A stretch of 64,000 nt of DNA, taken from assembly GCF_030028105.1 (NCBI RefSeq), contig NC_092376.1:178846080-178910079 (forward strand). The letters run 5' to 3'. The DNA comes from Mobula birostris. Lineage: Eukaryota. Numbering within the stretch: position 1 is the stretch's first letter; the number at the start of each line of letters is the position of its first letter. Positions 12,759 to 24,300 of this stretch are shown in pieces. A program made the position numbers and the translations under genes. The notes beneath the pieces are model-generated. The model was given only the letters and a program-made list of their open reading frames with translations, was not told the origin of the DNA and did not search any database.

Positions 12759-15143
12759 ATGGCGTGTGTACGGAGGTTAAACCTCATTCTAATTGCTTCC
12801 ATTTTCATCTTGTGTGCCCTGGAGAAGATTTCCGGGCAAATCAGTTACTCTATTCAGGAGGAAATGGAAGAAACGTCATTTGTTGGGAATATTGCTGAGG
12901 ATTTGGGATTGAATATACAGCAATTATCAACTCGTAAATTCCGACTGAGCGCTGATGACGGAGGGCGGTATATGAAGGTCAGTTTGAAAAATGGGGTTTT
13001 GTCTACTCGTGAAAAAATCGACCGGGAACGTCTTTGTGGACAAACAGATAGGTGTACGATGCCCTTTGAAATAATACTGGAAAATCCGTTGGAGGTACTT
13101 CACGGCGAGCTGGTGATTCTTGATGCGAATGACAATTCACCCACTTTCCGGGATAGTAGTATTCCGTTGGAGATATCCGAAGCCGTTTCTACCGGAGCAC
13201 GCTTCCGTCTCGAGAGTGCCGAAGACCCCGATATTGGAAGAAATACTGTCGTTGACTACGCAATCAGTTCAAGTGAGTACTTTAGTCTAAAATCACGGAG
13301 AACCGAGGGGGGTATTGTAATTGCCGAATTGCTGTTAGAGAAATCTTTGGACCGGGAATTGCAGTCATCTTTTCAGCTTGTGCTTACGGCGATGGACGGT
13401 GGGACCCCTCAGAGATCCGGAACAGCTCAGATACTCATTACTGTACTAGACTTCAATGATAATTCACCTGTATTCGAGCATGATGTTTACCGGAGTAGCA
13501 TAAGGGAAAATACACCGCGAGGTACATTAGTGATGAAAGTTAAAGCAAATGATTTGGACGAAGGGCTGAATGCAGAGCTGACATATTCCTTCAGTGGACT
13601 TACTTCACAACGGGTGCATGGTGTTTTCAGTTTGATCCCAGAAACTGGAGAGATTGTAACTGAAGGGCCTCTAGATTTTGAAGAAACAAACAGCTACTCA
13701 CTCGATATTCAAGCTGTTGATCATGGGTCTCCTGCGAATACAGGACACGCCAATGTCCAGATTAAAATTATTGACGTGAATGACAACACACCCGAAATAA
13801 AGGTGACGTCAATGACTAACCAAATCCCGGAAAATGCCCCAGCGGGAACTTATATAACATTAATCAATGTTATTGATCGTGATTCTGGAAAAAACGGTCA
13901 AGTGCGCTGCGAGATACAAAAGAATCTACCTTTTACGTTACAAGCATCATCAAATCATTATAAGTTAGTTACACGGGAAAGATTGGACCGTGAATCGGTA
14001 TCTGGGTATGCAATTCATTTTTCAGCCTGGGATTTGGGGTCACCTTCTCTGTCAACAAATACAATCATCCATATTGTAGTTACTGATGTAAACGATAACG
14101 CCCCACGCTTTTCTGAACTATCCTATAACGTATATGTGGCTGAAAATAATGCTCCTGGCACATCCATTTTCACAGTGTCTGCGTCCGATCCTGATCTGGG
14201 GCAGAATTCATCTGTTTCCTATTCCATTCTGGACGATCATTTCCAAAATCTACCAGTGTCCACATACCTCAGCGTTAACTCCATGAACGGCACCATTTAC
14301 GCCTTGCGCTCTTTTGACTATGAGGAATTCAAAACATTTCAGATCCATGTTCAAGCCCGTGACGCTGGGGTTCCCTCACTGAGCAGCAGCGCTACAGTGC
14401 ATGTGATTATTCTGGATCAAAATGACAACGCTCCGGTAATAGTTTCACATTCAGCAGAGAGTGGATCAGCAGCCGCGGAGATCATTCCTCTGTCAGCGGG
14501 TCAGGGGTATTTCGTCACCAGAATTATGGCTACAGATGTAGATTCTGGTCAGAACGCCAGGTTCTTTTACCAAATAGTGAAAGCTACTGACCCAAACTTG
14601 TTTACCATTGGTCAAACTTCCGGGGAAATCAGAACAACGCGCAAAATCATGGAGGGTGATCTTTCCACACAAACGTTGGTCATCATGGTGAAAGACAACG
14701 GGCAGCCAAACCTATCCAGCACGGTTACCCTTCACATCACAATTTTGCAGAATAGCACCGAAACACTCCCCGAGAGCAGTAATTCAGTGAATACTTCCGA
14801 ATATTTGTCAGATCTAAATCTTCATTTATTGATTATTTTCAGCTGCACTTCCATTGTCTTCCTTCTAATTATCATTGTGTTGATCGGGATCAAGTGTAAA
14901 CAGGACAGAAATAACCCCCAAGAGTACATGTCCCCCAGTTACTGTTACAAACATGGAGATATGCTGGATACGTGTAATCGAAGATCTGCAATGGAGGAAA
15001 CTTTACGTTATCCCGGTACTGAGCAGTTAGTCCGTATGCCTGGAGTGCCTCAGTACTCAGTCCGTCTTTCTCCAGAATCAGCGCAAAGCGACTTCCTTTT
15101 CTTGAAGCCATGCGGCCCTCCCACCTCTCAGAATCAATCCTAA
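12759..15143 (+). CDS. Clustered protocadherin (gene 1), 794 aa, single ORF
   Basis: Signal peptide then QISYSIQEE; EC1 IDRERLC-x5-C; five DxNDNxP linkers (6 EC repeats); TM LHLLIIFSCTSIVFLLIIIVLIGI; cytoplasmic YSVRLSPESAQSDFLFLKP. Confidence 0.97.
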   Translation: MACVRRLNLILIASIFILCALEKISGQISYSIQEEMEETSFVGNIAEDLGLNIQQLSTRKFRLSADDGGRYMKVSLKNGVLSTREKIDRERLCGQTDRCTMPFEIILENPLEVLHGELVILDANDNSPTFRDSSIPLEISEAVSTGARFRLESAEDPDIGRNTVVDYAISSSEYFSLKSRRTEGGIVIAELLLEKSLDRELQSSFQLVLTAMDGGTPQRSGTAQILITVLDFNDNSPVFEHDVYRSSIRENTPRGTLVMKVKANDLDEGLNAELTYSFSGLTSQRVHGVFSLIPETGEIVTEGPLDFEETNSYSLDIQAVDHGSPANTGHANVQIKIIDVNDNTPEIKVTSMTNQIPENAPAGTYITLINVIDRDSGKNGQVRCEIQKNLPFTLQASSNHYKLVTRERLDRESVSGYAIHFSAWDLGSPSLSTNTIIHIVVTDVNDNAPRFSELSYNVYVAENNAPGTSIFTVSASDPDLGQNSSVSYSILDDHFQNLPVSTYLSVNSMNGTIYALRSFDYEEFKTFQIHVQARDAGVPSLSSSATVHVIILDQNDNAPVIVSHSAESGSAAAEIIPLSAGQGYFVTRIMATDVDSGQNARFFYQIVKATDPNLFTIGQTSGEIRTTRKIMEGDLSTQTLVIMVKDNGQPNLSSTVTLHITILQNSTETLPESSNSVNTSEYLSDLNLHLLIIFSCTSIVFLLIIIVLIGIKCKQDRNNPQEYMSPSYCYKHGDMLDTCNRRSAMEETLRYPGTEQLVRMPGVPQYSVRLSPESAQSDFLFLKPCGPPTSQNQS

Positions 15144-15243
15144 ATTAGAGATGGGTAAGATCAACGCATGCCCAGTTTAATGTGATTATTTTTGTTTATA
15201 TTTTGGGTTGTGGTACAGTGGGGTAAAGTATTTAAGAACATAT

Positions 15244-16002
15244 AAGTCAAATATAATGGCAGAATATAGCAATACTGGTAAGATTCTTGGCAGTGTGGAG
15301 GATCAGAGGGATCTTGGGGTCCGAATCCATAGGACACTCAAAGCTTCTACACAGGTTGACTGTGGTTACTACGGTGCATTGGCCTTCATGAATCGTGGAT
15401 TGAGTTTAAGAGCCGAGAGGTAATGGTGCAGCTGTATAGGATCCTGGTCGGACCCCACTTGGAGTACTGTGCTCAGTTCTGGTAGCCTCACTACAGGAAG
15501 GTCGTGGAAACCATAGAAAGGGTGCAGAGGAGATTTGCAAGGATGTTGCCTGGATCGGGGAGCAAGCCTTATGCGAATAGGTTGAGTGAACTTGGCCTTT
15601 CCTCCTTGGAGCGACGGAGGGTGACAAGTGACCTGATAGAGGTTTATAAGATGATGAGAGGCATCGATCGTGTGGATAGTCAGAGGCTTTTTTTACAGGG
15701 CTGAAATGGTTGCAACAAGAGGACCGAGGTTTAAGGTGCTGGGGAGTAGGTACAGAGGAGATGTCAAGGGTGAATGTCTTACTCAGAGAGTGGTGAGTGC
15801 GTGAAATGGGCTGCCGGCAACGGTGCTGGCAGGCGGATATGATAGGGTCTTTTAAAAGACTTTTAGATGGGTACATGGAGCTTAGTAAAATAGAGGGCTA
15901 TAGGTAAGCCTAGTAATTTCCAAATAGGGACATGTTCGCCACAACTCCGTGGGCCGAAGGCCCTGTATGGTGCTGTACGTTTTCTATGTTTCCATGTTTC
16001 TA
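15244..16002 (+). mobile_element. CR1 3' fragment inserted 100 bp after the gene 1 stop codon
   Basis: EDQRDLGV, IERVQRRFARM, LERRRV; TTTCTATG tail; left TSD AACATAT at 15237-15243. Confidence 0.9.
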
Positions 16003-16387
16003 GCACATGCTGAGTGCCTGCAGAATATTGTTTTCATTTGACAACCCACATCTCTATTCTGTTTCCGTTTTTATTCTGCGATTTGGTATACCTTCATCAG
16101 GAATTCATTTCAAAGTACTAACGAATTTTTAGCATCTTATTTTTCCAATACGACCACTTTACGTACACATAACAATCAGATACACCATACATTTTTACGC
16201 AACATATTCAATAGCAACCCATTTGTGAGCGCCATTCAGACACAGGTAATACGATCCTCTTCAAGGTTAACATATACCACTCTCAGGTGCTTAGATTGTG
16301 GTTACTGGATATTTTATTTTTGACCACCATAACAATTAGATCCCTCTTCACAAGGGTGCAAGCATGATTTCACAAAGGAAATATGTT
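16003..16387 (-). other. Inverted segment of the gene 1 3' flank / putative 3' UTR
   Basis: The reverse complement aligns with the gene 3 flank ~62820-63210 and the gene 2 flank ~37775-38155, including AATAAA (now TTTATT at 16070-16075 and 16313-16318). Confidence 0.85.
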
Positions 16388-17478
16388 AGAACATAGAAAA
16401 CCTACAGCACAATACAGGCCTTCGGCCAACAAAGCTGTGCCGAACACATCCTTATCTTACAACTCTACCTCGGCTTACCCATAACACTTGATTTTGTTAA
16501 GCTCCGTGAACCAATCCAATAAGCTCTTAAAAGAGCCTAGCGTTTCTACCTCCAGCACCGCCGCCGGCTGCCTATTCTAACGTACTCACCACTCTCTGCG
16601 GAAAAACAATTACCCCTGACATCTCTGTACCTGCTTCCTACCACCTTAAACCTATGCTCTCTCGTGCTAGCCATTTCAGCTCTGGGGGAAAAAAAAAGTT
16701 TCTCTACCTAATCACACAATCAATGCCTCTCATTATCTTGGTCTGATCAGGGTTCTATATAGCTGCAACATTACCTCTCCGCTCCTAAACTCAATCCCAC
16801 GATTGATGAAGTCCAATACACTGGACGCCTTCTTAACCACAGAGTCAACCTGCACAGCTGCTTTGAGTGTCGTATGGACGTGGACCCCAAGATCCCTCTG
16901 ATCCTCCACACTTCCAAGAGTCTTGCCATTAATCGTATATTCTGCCATCATATTTGACCTATCAAAATGAATAAATTCGCACTTATCTGGTTTGAACTCC
17001 ATCTGCCACTTCTCAGCCCAGTTTTGCATTCTATCAATGTTCTGCTGTAATATCTGACAGCACTCCACACTATTCACAACACCTCCAACCTTTGTGCCAT
17101 CAGCAAACTTACTAACCCATCCCTCCAATTCCTCATTCAGGTCATTTGTAAAAATCACTAATAGTAAGTGTCCCAGCACAGATCCCTGAAGCACTCCACT
17201 GGTGACCGACTTCCATGTAGAATATGACCCGTCTACTAACACTCTTTGCCTTCTGTAGGCAAGCCAGTTCTGGATCCACAAAGCAATGCTCCCTTGGATC
17301 CCATGCCTCCTTACTTACTCACTAAGCCTTGCATGGGGTACCTTATCAAATGCCTTGATGAAATCCACATACACTACATCTAATGCTCTTCCTTCATCAA
17401 TGTGTTTTGTCACATCCACAAAAAATTCAATCAGGCTCGTAAGGCACGACCTATCCTTTACAAAGCCATGCTGACTAT
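16388..17478 (-). mobile_element. CR1 3' fragment (RT to tail, internal deletion near 16740)
   Basis: WIQNWLAYRRQRV..QGSVLG..KFADGTKVGG..WQMEF; tail at 16388-16400. Confidence 0.9.
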
Positions 17479-17611
17479 GTCAGTCTTCACTTCTGGAAAA
17501 CACAAGAGTTCTTCGTTTCATATCCGGAGTGTTTCTCAGAACAAGTATAAAAAATAACGACTACCGTGTTGTATTCACAGAAGAGGAGATTGGGGGATGG
17601 ATGGAACAAAG

Positions 17612-17690
17612 CAGGGTTTCCCCAACTTTTTTTATGCCATAGACCCCTACCGTTAAGCAAGTGGTCCATGGACTCCAGTTTGGACTCATG
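17612..17690. mobile_element. ~80-bp hAT(Charlie)-like mini-MITE
   Basis: CAGGGTTTCCCCAAC...GTTTGGACTCATG degenerate terminal inverted repeats. The segment is absent from the paralogous flanks at ~63340 and ~38288. Confidence 0.6.
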
Positions 17691-18382
17691 CGAATATCAC
17701 TGAAATGGTCAGTGCATGGGAGGAATCGGAACAGTTAAGTCGATATTGATTTTTTTTTTCTTCTGGATAACGTGCTGCTAATAACAACAGGAATTTAGAA
17801 CATGCCAAACAGCCGCGAATCAGTCTGTCTTTAAACTACGTTGATACCTTCTTCTACAAGAAAGATGAAGAACACTCTAACTGCTTGTTACTTTAGAGCT
17901 CCTTCACGACTTCATACATGTCCCATTGTCTCCAGCTAAGATTCCACATCTTTCACGTAGACTACAGAACGGCAAGAGATGCAAAATAGACCTTTTTTTT
18001 TATCACCTAAGCCGCCAGAGTCCAGTTATCTCTCTTGTCAGGAAGAATTGATGTGCATGCAACTCTTCTAATGTAATTCGAAAGACAAATCGCTGATTTG
18101 GATAAATCCCCGTGGTGAGATCCAGCGTTTCCTGGGATATTACGCGAATATGGGGTGGGGGGGGGATGCAAACGTCTGAAGGGCATTTTTCCTTTTTAAT
18201 CTTTGCCATGGGAAAACTGTCTAATGTTATGCTGATATTTAAGAACGGTTACAAAAGCAATCCAGGGCTCCTCAGGCCTGCGAGCCTCACACCACTGGTG
18301 GTAAAATTACAAGAGTGTTCATTGAGGGCCAGAGTCTCTTAGGATTTGTAATGGGAAGGAATTAAAGTTTCGTGAGTAGGAT

Positions 18383-21300
18383 AACATAGAAACATAGAAA
18401 CATAGAAAACCTATTGCACAATAAAGGCCCATCAGCCCACAAAGCTGTGCGGAACGTGCCCTTACCTTAGGAATTACCTCGGGTTACCCATAGCCATCTA
18501 TTTTTCTAAACTCCATGTACCTATGCAGGAGTCTCTTAAAAGACCCTATCGTATCCACCTCCACCACCATTGCTGGCAGCCCAGTCCGTGCACTCATCAC
18601 TCTGTGTGTAAAAAAAAACTTACACCTGCCATGCCCTCTGTACCTTCCTCTAAACACCGTGAAGCTGTGCCGTCTCGTCTTAGCCATTTCAACCCTGCGG
18701 GGGGGGGGGGGCACCTCTGACTATCCACACGATCACTGCTTCTCATCATCTTATACACCTCTAACAGGTCACCTCTCATCCTCCACTGCTCCAAGGAAGA
18801 AAAGGCCGAGTTCACTCAACCTGTTCTCTTAAGGCATGTTCCCCAATCTAGGCAACATGCTCGTAAATCTCCTGGGCACTATTTCTATAGTTTCTACATC
18901 CTTCCTGTAGTGAGGTGACCAGAACTGAGCACAACACTCAAAGTGGGGCCTGACCAGCCGTAACATTACGTCTCGGCTCTTACACTCAATCCCACAGTTG
19001 ATGAAGGCCAATGCACTGTATGCTTTCTTAACAACAGCGTCAATCTGCGCAGCAGCTTTGAGTGTCCTATGGACTCGGAGACCAAGTTCCCTCTGATCCC
19101 TCACACTGCTAAGAGTCTTACCAGTAGTATTATATTCTGCCAACATATTTGACCTACCAAAATGAACCACCTCACACTTATCTGGGTTGAACTCCATCTG
19201 CTATTTCTCAACCTAATTGTGCATCCTATCGAGGTCCCGCTGTAACCTCTGACAGGCCTCCACACTATCCATAACATACCCAACCTTTGCGTCATCAACA
19301 AATTTACTTATCATTCCCCTCACTCCCTCATCCAGGACATTTATGAAAATCCCGAAGAGAAGGCGTTCCAGAACAGATCCCTGAGACACACCACTGGTCA
19401 CCAACCTCTATGGAGAATATGACCCGGCTGCAACTACTCTTTGCCTTCTGTGGGCAAGCCAGTTCTGTATCCACAAAGCAATTTACCCTTGGATCCCATG
19501 CTTACTTACTTTCTCAATAAGCTTTGCATGGAAAACCTTTTGGAATATCTTGCTGAAATCCATATACTCTACATCTACTGCTCTATCTTCATCATCGCGT
19601 TTATTCACATCCTCAAAAATTTCAATCAGGCTCGCAAGGCACGAACCACCTTTGGCAAAGCCATGCTGACTATTCTTAATCACATTATGCCTCTCCAAAT
19701 GTTCATAAATCTTGCCTCTTAGGATCTTTTCCATCAACTTACCAACCACTGAGGTAAAACTCACTGGTCTATAATTTCCTGGGCCAACTCTACTCCCTTC
19801 CTTGAATAAGGCAACAACATCTAGAACCCTCCAATCCTCTGGAACCTCTCCTGCCCCAATTGATGATGCAAAGATCATTGTCAGAGTTCAGTAATCTGCT
19901 CCCATGCCTCCCGCAGTAGATTGGGGTACATCTCATCCGGTCCCGGAGAATTAACCAACTTGATGCTTTCTAAAACTTCAACACATCCACTTTCTTAATG
20001 TCTATAGCTCAATCTTTTCAAACCGCTGTAAGTCAGCCCTACAATCGCAAAGATCCTTTTCCGTTGTGAATACTGAAACAAAGTATTCATTAAGTATCTC
20101 TGCTATATCCTGAATCTTCCATCCACACTGTTTCATTGTCACACTTGATTGGTCCTATTCTCTCACGTCTCATTTCTTGCTCTTCACATCCTTCTAGAAT
20201 GCCTTGGGGTTTTCCTCAATCCGGCTCGTCAAGGCCTTCTTCTGGCCTTTTCTTGCTCTCCTAATTTCATTCTTAAACTCTTTCCTACTAGCCTTATAAT
20301 CTTCTAAATCTCTATCATTACCTAGTTTTTTTTTGAAACTTTCGTGAAGTTTTCTTTTCCTAACAGACAATAGGCAATAGACAATAGGTGCAGGACTTGG
20401 CCATTCGGCCCTTTGAACCAACACGGCCATTCACTGTGATCATCCACAGTCAGTAGCCCGTTCCTCCCTGATCCCCATAACCTCTGATTCCGCTATCTTT
20501 AAGAGTTCTATCCACCTCTTTCTTGAAAGCATCCAGAAACCTGGCGTCCACTGCCTTCTGGGGCAAAGCATTCCACATATTCACCACTCTCCGGGTGAAA
20601 AAAGTTTTTCCTCAACTCCGTCCTAAATGGCCTACCCCTTATTCTTAAACTGTGGCCTCTGGTTCTGGACTTACTCATTAGTGGGAACATGCTTCCTGCC
20701 TCCAGCGTGTCCAATCCCTTAATGATCTTATATTTTCAATCAGATACCCTCTCATCCTTCTAAATTCCAGTGTATACAAGCCCAGTCTCTCCAATCTTTC
20801 AACATGTGGCAGTCCCGCCATCCCGGGAGGTAACCTTGTGAACCTACGCTGCACACTCTCAATAGCAAGAATGTCCTTTCTCAAATTTGGAGAACAAAAC
20901 TGCACACAATACCCCAGGTGTGGTCTCACCAGGGCCCTGTACAGCTGCAGAAGGACCCTTTTGCTTCTATACTCAATTGCCCTTGTTATGAAGGCCAGCA
21001 TGCCATTAGCTTTCTTCACTGCCTGCTGTACCTGCATGCTTGCTTTCAGCGACTGATGTACAAGAACACCTAGATCGCGTTGTAATTCCCCTTTTCCTAA
21101 ATTGACTCCATTTAGGTAATAATCTGCCTTCCTGTTCATACCACCAAAGTGGATAACTTCACATTTATCCAAATCAAACTGCATTTGCCATGCATCCGCC
21201 CACTCACCCAGCCTGTCCAAGTCACCCTGCATTCTCATATCATCCTCCTTACATTTCACACTGCCACCCAACTTGGTGTCATCTGCAAATTTGCTAATGT

Positions 21301-24300
21301 TACTTTTAATCCCTTTATCTAAATCGTTATTGTATATTGTAAACAGCTGCGGTTCCAGCTCTGAACCCTACGGTACCCCACAGGTCACCGCCTACCATTC
21401 CGAGAGGGACCCGTTAATCGCTACACTTTGTTTCCTGTCAGCCAGCCAATTTTTAATCCATGTCAGTACTCTGTCCCCAATACCATTTGCCCTAATTTTT
21501 CCCATTAATCTCCTATGTGGGACTTTATCAAAGGCTTTCTGAAAGTCCAGGTACACTACATCCACTGGCTCTCCCTTGTCCATTTTCATAGTTACATCCT
21601 CAAAAAATTCCAGAAGATTAGCCAAGCACGATTTCCCCTTCGTAAATCCATGATGACTCGGACCTATCCTGTCACTGCTATCTAAATGTGTCATAATTTC
21701 ATCTTTAATAATTCCACCACTGACGTCAGGCTAACCGGTTTATAAATCCCTGTTTCTCTGTCCCTCCTTTCTTGAAATATGGGTCAACATTAGCCACCCT
21801 CCAATCCACAGGAACTGATCCTGAATCTATAGAAGATTGGAAAATGATCACCAATGCGTCTACGATTTCTAAAGCCACCTCCTTAAGTATCCTGGGATGC
21901 AGACCATCAGGTCCCAGGGCCTTATCAGCCTTCAGACTCAACAGTCTATCCAACACTATTTCCTGCCTGATATAAATTTCCTTCAGTTCATCCATTACCC
22001 TAGGTCCTTTGGCCATATTATATCTGGGAGATTGTTTGTGTCTTCCCGAGTGAAGACAGATCCAAAGTACCTGTTCAATTCGTCTGCCATTTCCTTGTTC
22101 CCCATAATAAAGTTACCGGTTTCTGTCTTCAAGGGCCCAATTTTGGTCGTAACTTTTTTTTTTCTTTTGACATACCTAAAGAAGCCTTTACTATCCTCCT
22201 TTACATTCCTGGCTAGTTTACCTTCGTACCTCATTTTTTTTCCCTGTGTCGCTTTTTAGTTATCTTCTGTTGCTCTTTAAAAGTTTCCCAATCCTCCAGC
22301 TTCCCACTCATTTTTGCTATGTTATACTTCTTCTCTTTTATTTTTATTCTGTCCTTTACTTCCCTTGTCAGCCATGGCCTCCCCTTACTCCCCTTGGGAT
22401 CTTTCTTCCTCTTTGGAATGAACAGATCCTGCACCTTCTGCATTATTGCCAGAAGTACCTGCCATCGTTGTTCCACTGTCATCCCTGCTAAGGTATCGTT
22501 CCATTGAACTTTGGCCAGCTCCTCCGTCATAGCATCATAGTTCCTTTTGTTCAACTGTAATACTGACACTTCCGATTTTCCCTTCTCCCTCTCAATTTGT
22601 ACATTAAAACTTATCATATTATGGTCACTACCTCCTAATGGCTCCTTTACCTCGAGATCTCTGAACAAATCCGGTTCATTGCACAACACTAAATCTTGAA
22701 TTGGCTTCTCTCTGGCATGCTCCAGTACAAGCTGTTCTAAGAATCCATCTCGGCGTCACTCCACAAACTCCCTTCCTTGGGGTCCAGTGCCAACCTGATT
22801 CCTCCAGTCTACCTGCATGTTGAAATCCCTCATATCAACTGTAGCATTACCTTTGCGACAAGCCAATTTTAACTCTTGATTCAACTTACACCCTACATCC
22901 AGACTACTGTTTGGGGACCTGTAGATAGCTCCCATTAAGGTCTTTCTGCTTTTAGAGTTTCTCAGTTCTATCCATACTGACTCTACATCTCCTGATTCTG
23001 TTTCCCCTCGCAAGGGACTGAATATCAGTCCTCACCAACAGAACCACGGCACCCCCTCTGACATCAGTCTGTCATTTCGATAGGAAGTATATCCTTGAAT
23101 ATTCATTTCCCAGGCCCTGTCCACTTGAAGCCATGTCTCTGTTATTCCCACAACATCATACTTACCAATTTCCAACTGCGCCTCAAGCTGATCCACTTTA
23201 TTTCTTATACTCCGTGCATTCATATACAATACTTTTAATTCATTACTCCCCTCACCTCCCATATCAATTCCTATTTCACTTGGTCATAGTGTACGATCCC
23301 TTCTTGAAGAAACCGGAGATAACCACCTTGGAATTCCTGCTTTTCAGCCTTCTTCCGAGTTCTCTGAAGTCATACTGTAGAATGTCTTTCCTCTTCTTCC
23401 CCACATCATTTTTGCTGATATGCGCCACCACTTCCGGATGTTCACCTTCACCCTTGAGAATTCCCTGCACTCGGTCCGTGACGTCCTGGATCCTGGCACC
23501 AGGAAGACAACACACCATTCTTAAATCTTGCCTGCTGCGGCAGAAACCCCTTTCAGTACCTCTTACTATGGAGTCCCCTACTACCACGGCTCTGTCTGAC
23601 GTCTGTCTCCTCGGCTTTGCTTCAGCGCCATTTTTTGACTCGCAGACCTGACTGCCTTTTACGCTGGCATCATCTTCTGTCCCGACAGCTTCCAAGAGGG
23701 TGAATCTGTTTACGAGATGACTGGATTTTCAACAATCTTTGTACACTCGGGTTCCTGTACCCTACCATCCTTTTTCTGTCTCATTGGAACGTACCTATGC
23801 AGAACGCCACGCCAATATCCTTGAGCATTTGCCAGATTTCTTCCATGTATTTCCCTGAGAAAATCTGTCCCCAATTTATGCCCAAGTTCCTGCCCGATAG
23901 CTTCATATTTCCCCCTAGTAAAATTAAACGCTTTCCTAACTTGTCTGTACCTATCCCTGTCCAACACTATGGTAAAGGAGATATAATTATGATCACTATC
24001 TCTAAAGTGATCTGCCACTGATAGACCGGACGCCTGACCAGGTTTATTTCCCAATACTAGATCAAGTTCAGCCTCTTCTCATGTAGACTTATCTACATAT
24101 TGTGTCAGAAAATCTTCCTGAACACACCTAACAAACCTGAACCCATCTAAACCCATTGTTTTAGGGAGATGCCAATCAATATTTGGGTAATTAAAATCTC
24201 CCACTACGATACCCTGATATTATTACACCTTCCATAATGTGTCCCCCTATCTGCTCCCCGAAGTCCCTGTTACTTTTGGGTGGTCTATAAAAAAAACTCA

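Noticed and set aside
12397-12808. Small ORFs over the gene 1 promoter (12397-12618 +, 12515-12808 -)
   Set aside because: Frames are not conserved in the paralogous promoters; chance ORFs.
12759-15143. Assigning a specific symbol such as PCDH10 or a PCDHG/PCDHB member
   Set aside because: The tandem array with CSE promoters indicates clustered paralogs; orthology needs a phylogeny that cannot be run here.
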